64,000 bases of DNA from an uncultured Lentimicrobiaceae bacterium (GCA_964420555.1 CAYQTT010000014.1:23686-87685), one strand, 5' to 3'. Counted from the first letter of the stretch, positions 20,438 to 30,214 are shown. A program made the numbers and translations. The notes: a model not told the origin generated them from the sequence alone.

Positions 20438-20498
20438 TTTTGGTAGTATCAATGATCAAAGTTTATTTGTACTATAATTGTTTTATAGTACAAATATA
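20438..20498 (-). promoter_or_regulatory. Inverted copy of the tetR promoter/operator and first tetR codons
   Basis: Reverse complement matches 5695-5750: 27 of 29 operator bases, then TTG ATC ATT GAT ACT ACC versus ATG ATC ATA GAT ACT ACC. Confidence 0.75.
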
Positions 20499-21005
20499 TA
20501 TGTAATATTTACAAGCTGATATAATTTTTAGATTTTTTATACAATGGCTATTTAAACGCTTAAGATTTTATGGCAAAAGCCTCAGATTTGCATCAGAATT
20601 CTATCAAAAAAAATAGGTGAAGACTTTAGAATGTGTTTAGGGACAACTATTTGTAAAAGTTTAGACAGAAATCGAACATAGCGAGTAATTATCTAAATTT
20701 AGGATCTCATAAAACCATGATAAACTGCGGAATCATGAATTTTTCGATTCCCACTACGGTTAGATTTTCAACCAGTTTGTTTTAACTTATTAAGGGTAAT
20801 TCTCCGTTTTTTTCGATCAGTACGAAATCTACCATATTTATTACAAATTAACCAGAATCAAGGATATAAAATTGATAGATCACCACTTTGTTGGAAATAT
20901 AGCAACAGAAGTTTTTCCTTGTAACTATACTGCAAACGAGATATATTTCCCAAGCCAAATTATGGTGCTAAAGCCCTCATCGAATTGGTTATCAATATTC
21001 CCCGA

Positions 21006-21025
21006 CCCCGACCTGAAGGCCGGGG
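21006..21025. repeat. REP-like GC-rich hairpin
   Basis: CCCCGACC-TGAA-GGCCGGGG just downstream of the minus-strand FMN reductase gene. Confidence 0.4.
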
Positions 21026-21067
21026 CTATTAATGAGCGGAAATTTATCTTAAACGAGGTATAATTCA

Positions 21068-21625
21068 TTATTCTCTCAAAGTTTTTAAAGCTGTACTCCA
21101 TGCTATTACCTGGTCAATCACAGTATTTAAGATCGCTTCATGATGAGGAGCAGGCTTGAATACACTATAATTTTCAAAATCAGTAAAAAGTGAAAGGGCA
21201 ACTTGTGAGCTAACATCAGCTATCTGAAGTACTCCCATAATAAGGCGTAATTGTTCAACTGCACGCACACCGCCTGTTGCACCAAAGCTAACAAAGCCAG
21301 CTGCTTTGTTGTTCCATTCGGAATAAAGATAATCTATTGCATTTTTGAGCGCTCCGGTTAGACCATGATTATATTCAGGTGTTACAAAGATAAAGCCATC
21401 AAAAGAGTTTATTTTTTGAGACCAAACTTTTGTATGTGGATGCGTATATTGATGCATTGAGGGAGGCACAGGTTCATCCAATAAGGGCAAATCGTAGTCT
21501 TTAATGTCAACAACTTCGAATTCTGCATCGCTTCGTTTCTGAGCGATGTCATCAACCCAAAGAGCAACAGCTTCAGAGTTTCTTCCGGGTCTCGTACTTC
21601 CAATGATAATGGCTATTTTAATCAT
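21068..21625 (-). CDS. NADPH-dependent FMN reductase
   Basis: GSTRPGRNS, VTPEYNH and LKNAID motifs. Confidence 0.92.
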   Translation of the reverse strand: MIKIAIIIGSTRPGRNSEAVALWVDDIAQKRSDAEFEVVDIKDYDLPLLDEPVPPSMHQYTHPHTKVWSQKINSFDGFIFVTPEYNHGLTGALKNAIDYLYSEWNNKAAGFVSFGATGGVRAVEQLRLIMGVLQIADVSSQVALSLFTDFENYSVFKPAPHHEAILNTVIDQVIAWSTALKTLRE

Positions 21626-21674
21626 ATCTGTTTAATTTATTTGTTAATAGTCTATTTCTATTATTAATTTACTG

Positions 21675-22379
21675 TCAGAGTGCAGTCCTCGCAACATTTC
21701 CAACTACATTTCGGGATTCTTTTTTCCACTCGGAATACGACTTCTCCAATGTTTCTAAAAACGCCTTGCTGTTTTGAGCCCCTGATACTGTATATTTCCA
21801 GTTGAACAGAAAAAACGGAACACCACGAACTCCAACTTGTTGTGCTTCGTAAATGTCGTTGCGGACCTCATCAGCATATTTATTGCTTTCCAGGGCATTT
21901 TTCAGTTGCTCTTTATCCAATCCGATTTCTGAACCTATTTGAATGAGCGTTTCATAGTCATCAATGTTTTTACCATCAGTAAAGTAGGAGTAGAAAAGTT
22001 TTTCTTCTGCTTCCCCTTGTTTGCCATACTGTTTTGCAAAATGCGAAAAGCGATGAGCATTGAATGAATTTGCAACTACGGATTTGTCAAAATTATAAAC
22101 CAGGCCAACTTGTTTCGCCATTTGAGATACGTGATCGTTCATCCGTTTAGCATCTTCCACAGGTATGCCTTTGTGTTCGGATAGAAAACTGTGAATGTTT
22201 TTGCCCGGTTGCGTTTTTAATTCAGGCGATAGCTGAAAACTCTTCCAAACAATCTCAACATTTTCTTTATCCTGAAACTGTTCCAGGGCACCTTCAAATT
22301 TCCTTTTCCCAATGTAGCAAAATGGACACATTACATCGCTCCAGATTTCTACTTGCATTTTATGTTTTGATATGTTCAT
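21675..22379 (-). CDS. DsbA-family (FrnE-like) oxidoreductase
   Basis: WSDVMCPFCYIGK and GVPFF motifs; probable start at 22379. Confidence 0.9.
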   Translation of the reverse strand: MNISKHKMQVEIWSDVMCPFCYIGKRKFEGALEQFQDKENVEIVWKSFQLSPELKTQPGKNIHSFLSEHKGIPVEDAKRMNDHVSQMAKQVGLVYNFDKSVVANSFNAHRFSHFAKQYGKQGEAEEKLFYSYFTDGKNIDDYETLIQIGSEIGLDKEQLKNALESNKYADEVRNDIYEAQQVGVRGVPFFLFNWKYTVSGAQNSKAFLETLEKSYSEWKKESRNVVGNVARTAL

Positions 22380-22492
22380 AATTAGTCCTTTTTCTGATGA
22401 ATTGTTGTCTATGCATGCATATTTTGTGGACAGCATGAGATATCTAATCTTCATCCCAACCCTTTACCCTTTTGTGTAAATCATTTACTTTG

Positions 22493-23173
22493 TCAATCAT
22501 TAAACCGAACCGGCAATCCATTTTCAATTCGGATGTTTTCTCCGAAAATTTCTTCCACACGGTTGCGTTTCTGATACATATCCCAATAAAGAGCAGCGAT
22601 GCGATCGGTAATCTCCGGTGTAATCTGGCAACATATAGTCACAGTACCGCTATAAATTCCTTTTCCTTCTAATTCCTCGTTCAATATATAAGCGTAATTT
22701 CGCAAAGAAGCAGCCATCAGACTTAAAGAACCAATCATAGGCATAGGGATGATAGACGACCTGCCACCCGTCAGCAAAATCGTACCATCCTTTTTGTTGA
22801 TCATATCCGGCAAAACCTGTTGAACGCTTGCTATCGCACCAAGAACCTGAAATTCGAATGTTCTTTTAGCAATAGCTGTTGTTATTTGCGATGGAGGTAT
22901 AAATTCCATATTTATCGGGCTGTATTCCAGCACATCAACTGATCCGTATTCGGTTTTTACCAAAGAAAAAGCTTTAATAATGGATTGTTCGTCCATAACA
23001 TCTGCGACAAATCCTTTCGATTCAATTGCAAGTGATCGAAGAGTGGCAACCATTTGATCCAAAGATTCCTTACGCCGGGCTATCAACGCTACCCGGAAAC
23101 CATTCCTGCCGAAGGTTTTTGCAATGGTAAGGCCAAGTCCCGGACCTGCACCAACAATAACTATTGTTTTCAT
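22493..23173 (-). CDS. Short-chain dehydrogenase/reductase, atypical
   Basis: GAGPGLG Rossmann motif and SDR fold pattern; the YxxxK motif is not recognisable. Confidence 0.8.
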   Translation of the reverse strand: MKTIVIVGAGPGLGLTIAKTFGRNGFRVALIARRKESLDQMVATLRSLAIESKGFVADVMDEQSIIKAFSLVKTEYGSVDVLEYSPINMEFIPPSQITTAIAKRTFEFQVLGAIASVQQVLPDMINKKDGTILLTGGRSSIIPMPMIGSLSLMAASLRNYAYILNEELEGKGIYSGTVTICCQITPEITDRIAALYWDMYQKRNRVEEIFGENIRIENGLPVRFND

Positions 23174-23231
23174 TTATTATTAATTTAGAAGTTAAGAATT
23201 CATTCACAATGTTTTCTGTAGAACTGAAATT

Positions 23232-23606
23232 TTAATTGGTTTGCAATTTTCTGGTTTTATGAAAATAGATATATGAAACAACAAGTATTGCCAGGAAGAC
23301 CACAGGCATAAATGCAACTGAAATCGGGTCGCCACTTGATATATGAGCGATGAAAGCTGAAATAAAAGTGATTGCAAAACCGAAATATGCAAACTCTTTC
23401 AGTCTGTTTGGTATCAGAGGCAATATCAGAACAATTGCACCCAATATTTTGGCTATAGCAAGTTCAATTCTGAAATAAGAAGGAAAGCCAAGATGTACAA
23501 AAGCCTCTTTCATGCCTGCATTGGTCAGATAGTTGAATGCACTAAATAACATCATAACAGAAACTATTCCTGTAGTTATCCAAAAAATTATTTTATCTTT
23601 TTTCAT
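23232..23606 (-). CDS. DoxX-family membrane protein
   Basis: HLGFPSYF...AKILG...KEFAYFG pattern, four TM segments. Confidence 0.88.
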   Translation of the reverse strand: MKKDKIIFWITTGIVSVMMLFSAFNYLTNAGMKEAFVHLGFPSYFRIELAIAKILGAIVLILPLIPNRLKEFAYFGFAITFISAFIAHISSGDPISVAFMPVVFLAILVVSYIYFHKTRKLQTN

Positions 23607-23619
23607 ACTATTAAGATTA

Positions 23620-24492
23620 TTAATTGTTGGTGTAAACTGACTTTAAATACTCTTTTAGTGTAGTCGGCTTTCTGCCAAGTAGAAACTGCAGGTCAGATTT
23701 TGTTGTCGAAAATTCTCCTTGTCTGATAGCTTCGCAAAATCCCGCACTCATCCCTATCATTTCCTTCGGAACACCGGCTTTAGACAGAGTTTCAGTAAAA
23801 TCTTCAGCTGAAGGGCTATGATACATAACCCGTTTCCCTGTAAGCTCACTTAATAAAGAGGCTACATCAGATAAAGAGTAGTTGGTATCATTTGCGAGTG
23901 AATATTCTTTATTCTCATGACCTTCGCCTGACAGAATATTTGCTGCTGCTTCTGCCATATCCAAACGTGTGGCAAACGATGCTTTCCCATCACCTGCCGG
24001 AAGAAAAATTCCTGTTTCCAACACTTTTTCACCCATAAACATGGGTAGGACATCTGCATATAAATTATCTCTCAGAATAGTATAAGTCAATCCACTCGCT
24101 TTGATGTTCTTTTCTGTATCTATATGTGCTTTTGCCAATATTGCGATGGGCGATGTTCCGGTTTCGTTTTTACGTTCAAAACTGGTATAAATTATATGAT
24201 TAACGCCTGCCTCTTTTGCAGCTTTTACAGCATTCTCCTGTTGTATACCACGTTTTACGATATCGCTGCCTGAAATCAGCAAAAGCGTATCAACCCCTTT
24301 AAACGCAGATAATAGACTGGCATAATTATCATAATCTCCTATTTTGATAATGACACCTTTATTTTTCAGATCTTCGGCTTTAGCTGAATCTCTCACTAAT
24401 GCAGCAATATTGCTTTCCGGAATGCCTTTCTTCAGAAGGAAATCTATTGTTGCTCTTCCAAAATTTCCTGTTGCTCCTGTTATTAATATCAT
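23620..24492 (-). CDS. NmrA/QorB-like NAD(P)H oxidoreductase
   Basis: ITGATGNFG start; AHIDTE...LR.NLY pattern. Confidence 0.88.
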   Translation of the reverse strand: MILITGATGNFGRATIDFLLKKGIPESNIAALVRDSAKAEDLKNKGVIIKIGDYDNYASLLSAFKGVDTLLLISGSDIVKRGIQQENAVKAAKEAGVNHIIYTSFERKNETGTSPIAILAKAHIDTEKNIKASGLTYTILRDNLYADVLPMFMGEKVLETGIFLPAGDGKASFATRLDMAEAAANILSGEGHENKEYSLANDTNYSLSDVASLLSELTGKRVMYHSPSAEDFTETLSKAGVPKEMIGMSAGFCEAIRQGEFSTTKSDLQFLLGRKPTTLKEYLKSVYTNN

Positions 24493-24564
24493 TTTTTCTT
24501 ATTTTTTTGGTAAATAAATTTTGAGATGCAAAATTACCTACTTTTGCTATATTAAAGTAACCGA

Positions 24565-24597
24565 TATACTAATGTATAGCACTATACTTTGGTATAG
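24565..24597. promoter_or_regulatory. Two TATAC-N4-GTATA palindromes in the divergent promoter (candidate HxlR operators)
   Basis: TATAC-TAAT-GTATA at 24565-24578 and CTATAC-TTTG-GTATAG at 24582-24597. Confidence 0.55.
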
Positions 24598-24617
24598 CGA
24601 TAATAAAAACGGATGAT

Positions 24618-25013
24618 ATGAATAGAATATCAGAATTAGAAAAAATAAAAAGCTGCTCCACTGAATTTGTATTGGCAATTAATGACACGCTTAATGTGAT
24701 TAGCGGAAAATGGAAACTTCCTATTATAGGGTCATTACTTTATGGCAAAAAACGATTTAAGGAATTGGAGCGGGAAATACCAAAAATTTCGCCCCGAATG
24801 CTTTCGAAGGAACTGAAAGATTTGGAAGCGAATGGAGTTGTGAAACGAACAGTTTATGGTTCCATTCCTGTTATGGTTGAGTATGAACTGACAGTTTCAG
24901 GACAGTCGTTGCACCAATTTATAGAACCGATGATTGAATGGGGCTTGCAACATAGAATAAATATTTTAGGTACTAAGTATGAATCTATTACTCACTTCGT
25001 CACTGTAGAGTAA
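24618..25013 (+). CDS. HxlR/MarR-family winged-helix regulator
   Basis: GKWKLPII, RFKEL, ISPRMLSKELKDLE and VEYELT motifs. Confidence 0.92.
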   Translation: MNRISELEKIKSCSTEFVLAINDTLNVISGKWKLPIIGSLLYGKKRFKELEREIPKISPRMLSKELKDLEANGVVKRTVYGSIPVMVEYELTVSGQSLHQFIEPMIEWGLQHRINILGTKYESITHFVTVE

Positions 25014-25451
25014 TGCTAATTTGTTGCTATACATGTTTTACTCCAAACCTATTCCAGTTTTATTTTTTATTTCATTCACGATGGAGAGTCGTTTTGTTTT
25101 ATTAAATAAAAATATTTTGGATTCATAGTCATTCATTAACGTATTGAAATATTGATTATAATGTGAATAATCAATACGTTGTGATCTTATTTTCTTACAA
25201 CTATCATCTTTCATGATTTGTAATAGGCCCAAGGCTAAGTGATTGCATTGTGAATATTGGCCTAAACGTTATAGATTTATTGAATATCAAAGAGATCTAT
25301 TGCAATTCTATTGCAGGAGATAATTATAATGAAAAATGCAGCTTGCCTGAAATAAAGTAAACTGATTGATGAATAGAAATTAAGAAGTATCCTATATTTG
25401 TTGAGGCATTAAGCGAATGCCATTGTAATTTATAAAGAATTCCATATCAAG

Positions 25452-28400
25452 ATGAAGTTTTTCCAGAATTCCGTACTCAATAAACATCTGAAAGCACAGG
25501 ACACTCAAGCTATAAAAGCTGCCTACGCAAAGTTCACAGCTCATTTTCATGATGCCGGAATACAGGAAAACATACGTAACAGCAAGGAAGAGCAATACCA
25601 GGGGGAGTTTCTGATTGATTTGTTTGTTAATGTGCTGGGCTATACCAAGAACCCGGCACCAAATTTCAATATTACTACCGAATATAAAAATGTAAAGGAC
25701 AGTAAAAAGGCAGACGGCGCAATTATTCTTCCGCGGGAGCATGCTCCCACGGTAATTGCGGTTATTGAACTTAAAGGAACAGAAACCACTGATTTAAATC
25801 GAATTGAAACCCAGGCTTTCGGATATAAGAACAATCAGCCCGAATGCGTATATGTGATCACTTCCAATTTCGAAAAGCTGCGTTGCTATATCGATAACGC
25901 GATTGAGAATATTGAGTTCAACCTGTTTACGCTTACCGAAAAAGAGTTTGAATTGCTGTGGCTGTGCCTGGCATTTGTAAATATTGAGAAAAATCTAGCT
26001 AAGCGGATAAAAGATGAATCGGTAAGCCAGGAAGATGTTATTACCAAAAACTTGTACAACGATTATTCGCTGTTCAAAAGGGAACTGCACCAAAACCTGG
26101 TGGCGCTCAATCCGGATCATGATCCATTAACACTTTTCAAAAAATCGCAAAAGCTGTTGGACCGGTTCCTGTTTCTCTTTTTTGCCGAGGACAGGCAACT
26201 GTTGCCGCCTAATTCGGTGCGACTTATACTGGACGATTGGCGCGAGCTGCAAGTCAGAGACGTGGAAATAGCCTTGTATGCCAGGTTTAAAAAGTATTTT
26301 GAATACCTTAATACAGGCTTTAAAGGAAAACGCTACGATGTATTTGCATACAACGGCGGTTTGTTTAAAACCGATGAACTGCTGGATGGTTTGAAAATAG
26401 ATGATGAGTTGCTTTACAGACATGCAATGAAGCTTTCAACGTATGACTTTGTTAGCGAAGTGGATGTAAATATTCTGGGTCATATCTTCGAAAACTCTTT
26501 AAATGATCTCGACGAAATAAAAGCACAACTCGAAGGGCAGCAGGTGGATAAAGCCAAAAGCAAGCGCAAAAAGGAAGGCGTTTTTTATACGCCCAAGTAT
26601 ATTACGAAGTATATTGTCGATAATACGGTAGGGAAACTTTGCACTGAGAAAAAAGCCGAAATCGGGCTTATTGAAGAAGAGTTTATCACCGACCGGAAAC
26701 GCACCAATAAAACCAAGCAGCCTTTATTTGATAAGCTTACTGCCTACCGCAACTGGCTTTTGCAACTCACCATCTGCGACCCGGCCTGCGGATCAGGAGC
26801 GTTCCTGAACCAGGCGCTCGACTTCCTTATCAATGAACACCGCTATATTGATGAATTGCAGGCCAAGCTTTTCGGTGATGCGATGGTGCTGAGTGATTTT
26901 GAAAAGAACATTCTTGAAAATAACCTGTTTGGAGTTGATTTAAACGAGGAAAGCGTTGAGATAGCCAAGCTCTCCTTATGGTTGCGTACAGCGCAGCCTA
27001 ACCGCAAACTAAACGATTTAAATAACAATATCAAATGCGGCAACTCGCTGATTGATGATCCGGCTGTGGCTGGTGACAAGGCTTTTAACTGGCACAATGA
27101 GTTTCCTTCTGTTTTCGCTAAAGGTGGATTTGATGTGATGCTTGGGAATCCGCCGTATGTGCAGCTCCAAAGTATGGGCGAAATGAGTGATATACTCAAA
27201 AATTGCGGTTACGAAACTTTTGATAAGGGTGCCGACCTGTATTGCATTTTTACCGAACGTGGCTATCAATTACTCAAAAATGGTGGTGTGCAATCATTTA
27301 TTATGCCTAATAAATGGATGTTGGTTGCTTATGGTAAACCACTTCGCAAATTCTTGTCAAAAACAGGCTTGTGCCAGGTGTTAAACTTCGGTGACATACA
27401 ATTCTTTCAGGAAGCTACAACTTACGTCTGCATTTTCGTTACACAAAAAAACAAGCCATTCGATAACGTTAAAGTATTGTCACTTAATCAGAATACTTAT
27501 CATGGAGACTTTTTGACGGAGGCAGCAAGCAACATTTACAACTATAGAGCATCCAAATTTGGTGATGAAGAATGGAGTATACAACCTTACAAGGATGCTC
27601 AAAAGTTGGAGCAGATGAAATTAAGGGGCATTGAACTAAAAGATTTGCCAGTAAGCATTAACTATGGGATAAAAACAGGTTTTAACGACGCTTTTTTTAT
27701 TGATGAAAAAACGCGGAATAAGTTGATTGCTGCCGATGGCAGTAGTGCAGAACTTATTAAGCCAATGGTGCGTGGAAGAGATATTTCAGCATATGGAATA
27801 ACTGGTTTTGAATATTTGATCGGCACATTCCCTTCTCTAAAATTGGATATTGAACATTATCCGGTCATCAAAAAACACTTGCTTTCATTTGGATATGACC
27901 GACTGAACCAAACCGGCGAAAACGGTGCCCGCAAAAAGACCAATGGCAAGTGGTTTGAAACACAAGACAGTATCAACTATCATGAGGAATTCGCCAAACC
28001 TAAAATCATCTATCCAAATATGACTTCTGTTTTCCCATTTATACATGATGAAACGGGAATGCTAACAAATCAGAAATGTTTTATTCTAACAGCACATGAT
28101 GATTCTGTCTCATTATTGTTCTTAACAGCTATTTTCAATTCTTCATTGGCAAAGCTTTGGATATGGTATAATTGTCCCGAACTTCAAGGAGGTACTCGCG
28201 AAATCAGTAAAGTATATTTCGAGCATTTCCCCGTTCCACAAGCTAACGAAGAACAATCGGCTATGCTTGCACATTGCACAATTGAACGTACCCGATTAAC
28301 TGCCAGCCTGGAAATCCTTACCTCAAAATTCCAGCGTACTATCCAGCGTAAATTTAATCTGGAGGAATTGCCAGGCAAATTGCAAAACTGGTATTTACTT

Positions 28401-28613
28401 TCCTATACTGAGTTTATTACCGAACTGGCAAAAAAGAAAGTTAAACTATCTCTTTCGGAAGAAGCCGAATGGGAAGCTTACTTTTTACAGGAAGCAAAAA
28501 AAGCACTTGAGTTTAAATCTGATATCGATAAAACTGATAAGGAAATTGACAGGATGGTATATGACTTGTATGGGTTGACGGAGGAGGAGATAGGGATTGT
28601 GGAGGATAAATAA
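25452..28613 (+). CDS. Type IIG-like fused restriction endonuclease / N6-adenine methyltransferase
   Basis: N-terminal ADG...VIELK nuclease, DPACGSGAFL and NPPY MTase motifs, TaqI-C-like target recognition region. -7 box TATATTTG at 25393-25400. Confidence 0.9.
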   Translation: MKFFQNSVLNKHLKAQDTQAIKAAYAKFTAHFHDAGIQENIRNSKEEQYQGEFLIDLFVNVLGYTKNPAPNFNITTEYKNVKDSKKADGAIILPREHAPTVIAVIELKGTETTDLNRIETQAFGYKNNQPECVYVITSNFEKLRCYIDNAIENIEFNLFTLTEKEFELLWLCLAFVNIEKNLAKRIKDESVSQEDVITKNLYNDYSLFKRELHQNLVALNPDHDPLTLFKKSQKLLDRFLFLFFAEDRQLLPPNSVRLILDDWRELQVRDVEIALYARFKKYFEYLNTGFKGKRYDVFAYNGGLFKTDELLDGLKIDDELLYRHAMKLSTYDFVSEVDVNILGHIFENSLNDLDEIKAQLEGQQVDKAKSKRKKEGVFYTPKYITKYIVDNTVGKLCTEKKAEIGLIEEEFITDRKRTNKTKQPLFDKLTAYRNWLLQLTICDPACGSGAFLNQALDFLINEHRYIDELQAKLFGDAMVLSDFEKNILENNLFGVDLNEESVEIAKLSLWLRTAQPNRKLNDLNNNIKCGNSLIDDPAVAGDKAFNWHNEFPSVFAKGGFDVMLGNPPYVQLQSMGEMSDILKNCGYETFDKGADLYCIFTERGYQLLKNGGVQSFIMPNKWMLVAYGKPLRKFLSKTGLCQVLNFGDIQFFQEATTYVCIFVTQKNKPFDNVKVLSLNQNTYHGDFLTEAASNIYNYRASKFGDEEWSIQPYKDAQKLEQMKLRGIELKDLPVSINYGIKTGFNDAFFIDEKTRNKLIAADGSSAELIKPMVRGRDISAYGITGFEYLIGTFPSLKLDIEHYPVIKKHLLSFGYDRLNQTGENGARKKTNGKWFETQDSINYHEEFAKPKIIYPNMTSVFPFIHDETGMLTNQKCFILTAHDDSVSLLFLTAIFNSSLAKLWIWYNCPELQGGTREISKVYFEHFPVPQANEEQSAMLAHCTIERTRLTASLEILTSKFQRTIQRKFNLEELPGKLQNWYLLSYTEFITELAKKKVKLSLSEEAEWEAYFLQEAKKALEFKSDIDKTDKEIDRMVYDLYGLTEEEIGIVEDK

Positions 28614-28815
28614 TTGAGCTTTTAAAATGCGATACAAACATGCTTGTAAATATTTATAAACTATTTGCCATACCTGCTTTTATTTCATTAATATTGTAGT
28701 GTTCAAGCGATTAGAGTATTGTTAATTTGTAGATGTTTGAACTATCATAAGCTCTTTGGATTTAGGCTTTTTACTCGTCTTATACCTGCATAGGCAAATC
28801 AATAAATCTGGTACA

Positions 28816-29454
28816 ATGGAATTTTCTGATTTTACAATTAGGTTAATAATAATCTTAATTCCTGGAGCAATCGCAACGCTAATTATTGAATCAATAACAA
28901 TTCATAAAAGTTGGTCGCACCTTAGATTCACTGTCAGTTCAATAATTTTAGGTGGTACATCATTCGGTATTTTACAGCTTTTGTATTGGGGATTCCAACT
29001 TTATCAAAGTAGATGCATTGATATTAAATTTGAAAATTTGCAGACCTGGAAAAGCATCTTCAAGAATGAAAATGCGTTGAATCCAATTGAAATAATTCTA
29101 AGCGTACTTATATCTATCGCTCTAAGCTATTGCGTTTCATACATAATACAACATAAGATTCTCTTCAAGATTGCTAAAAGATTTAATGTATCTAGAAAAT
29201 ATGGAGATGATAGTCTCTATTCACATTACTTGAATGCCGATGAGGTCGATTGGGTTTATGTTAGGGATAAAACCAACGGAATGACATACTTAGGACAAGT
29301 TGATTCTTGGTCGGAAGATGATTCAAATAAGGAATTGTTACTCAGAAATGTCACTGTATTTAAGTATGAAAACAGCGACGAGCTCTATAAAATAAAACAA
29401 ATTTATCTCAAATTTCATGAGAGAGATATTATAATCGAATTACCTGAATACTAA
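28816..29454 (+). CDS. DUF6338-like membrane protein
   Basis: LIPG in TM1, three to four TM helices, C-terminal WVYVRD...YLG...WS beta domain; ATG at 28816. Confidence 0.6.
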   Translation: MEFSDFTIRLIIILIPGAIATLIIESITIHKSWSHLRFTVSSIILGGTSFGILQLLYWGFQLYQSRCIDIKFENLQTWKSIFKNENALNPIEIILSVLISIALSYCVSYIIQHKILFKIAKRFNVSRKYGDDSLYSHYLNADEVDWVYVRDKTNGMTYLGQVDSWSEDDSNKELLLRNVTVFKYENSDELYKIKQIYLKFHERDIIIELPEY

Positions 29455-29470
29455 CTAAAATTTAATTGCT

Positions 29471-29620
29471 ATGGCAGATCGAGATCACAAACCAGCAGTG
29501 CCTCTGCATGAAGGTGTTGAAAAAGCGGAATCTAAACCTGTAAGAGATACGCGGCCACCACCACCGCCACCACCACCTGTTAAACAAGATAACATACCGC
29601 CATCTCCTAAAAAAGATTAA
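29471..29620 (+). CDS. 49-aa polyproline peptide (not in ORF track)
   Basis: MADRDHKPAVPLHEGVEKAESKPVRDTRPPPPPPPPVKQDNIPPSPKKD*, 16 bp after the DUF6338 stop; the Pro run uses mixed codons (CCA/CCG/CCT). Confidence 0.6.
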   Translation: MADRDHKPAVPLHEGVEKAESKPVRDTRPPPPPPPPVKQDNIPPSPKKD

Positions 29621-29665
29621 TCTTTTGACGAAATTGGTAGTTTTCATGTTTAAAACCTACACTGC

Positions 29666-29696
29666 CCGGCTCAGGCAAATCTTTTGCTTGAGCCGG
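29666..29696 (+). terminator. Stem-loop after the polyproline ORF
   Basis: CCGGCTCAGGCAAA-TCT-TTTGCTTGAGCCGG; no U-tract, so function is uncertain. Confidence 0.5.
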
Positions 29697-29783
29697 ATTA
29701 TTATCAGTATCCCTGGATGCAAAATCTGTTATCCCGAGACTTTTCTAAGACAAATAATATAAATTTTAAAAACTCATAACGAC

Positions 29784-30149
29784 ATGCAAAACGATTCAGT
29801 TTATGCTTATCTTCAGGGTTCCAATTATGAAATATTCATGCACAGAGCCTTCAGAACATCCAATCGTTCCAAGCCTGGCATGGATGGATCAACAATGAAA
29901 AATCTAATTGATGCTGAAAATGGCGAATCATGGGTTAGACACCTTGGCTCATTTGAGAAACAACTAACTCAAATAAAGTTCTATATGAATAAAGCATTAG
30001 ATAAATATTTGGACATGAAACTGCCGGTTGAAAATCTTGTAGCTGTAAGCTTAATGAAATTGAGATTAGATCAAGCTAATTCTTCAGCTGTAATAATCAA
30101 TATAATTGATGAAACAATTGAATTAACGCAGATAGTAAAAAATTATTGA
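29784..30149 (+). CDS. Hypothetical helical protein
   Basis: 121-aa ORF with ATG start in an AT-rich context; no motif recognised. Confidence 0.55.
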   Translation: MQNDSVYAYLQGSNYEIFMHRAFRTSNRSKPGMDGSTMKNLIDAENGESWVRHLGSFEKQLTQIKFYMNKALDKYLDMKLPVENLVAVSLMKLRLDQANSSAVIINIIDETIELTQIVKNY

Positions 30150-30214
30150 TGCTACTTAAATAGGTCTTTCCCTTGTGCCGGAAATCCTGTTTGGGAATTT
30201 TACTTTGAGCGAAA

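Noticed and set aside
20872-21063. 63-aa ORF before the FMN reductase terminus
   Set aside because: TTG/ATT-type start, no motif, and it overlaps a REP-like hairpin.
29462-29647. 61-aa minus-strand W/R-rich ORF
   Set aside because: It is the antisense shadow of the polyproline ORF, which has better context (co-oriented, followed by a hairpin).
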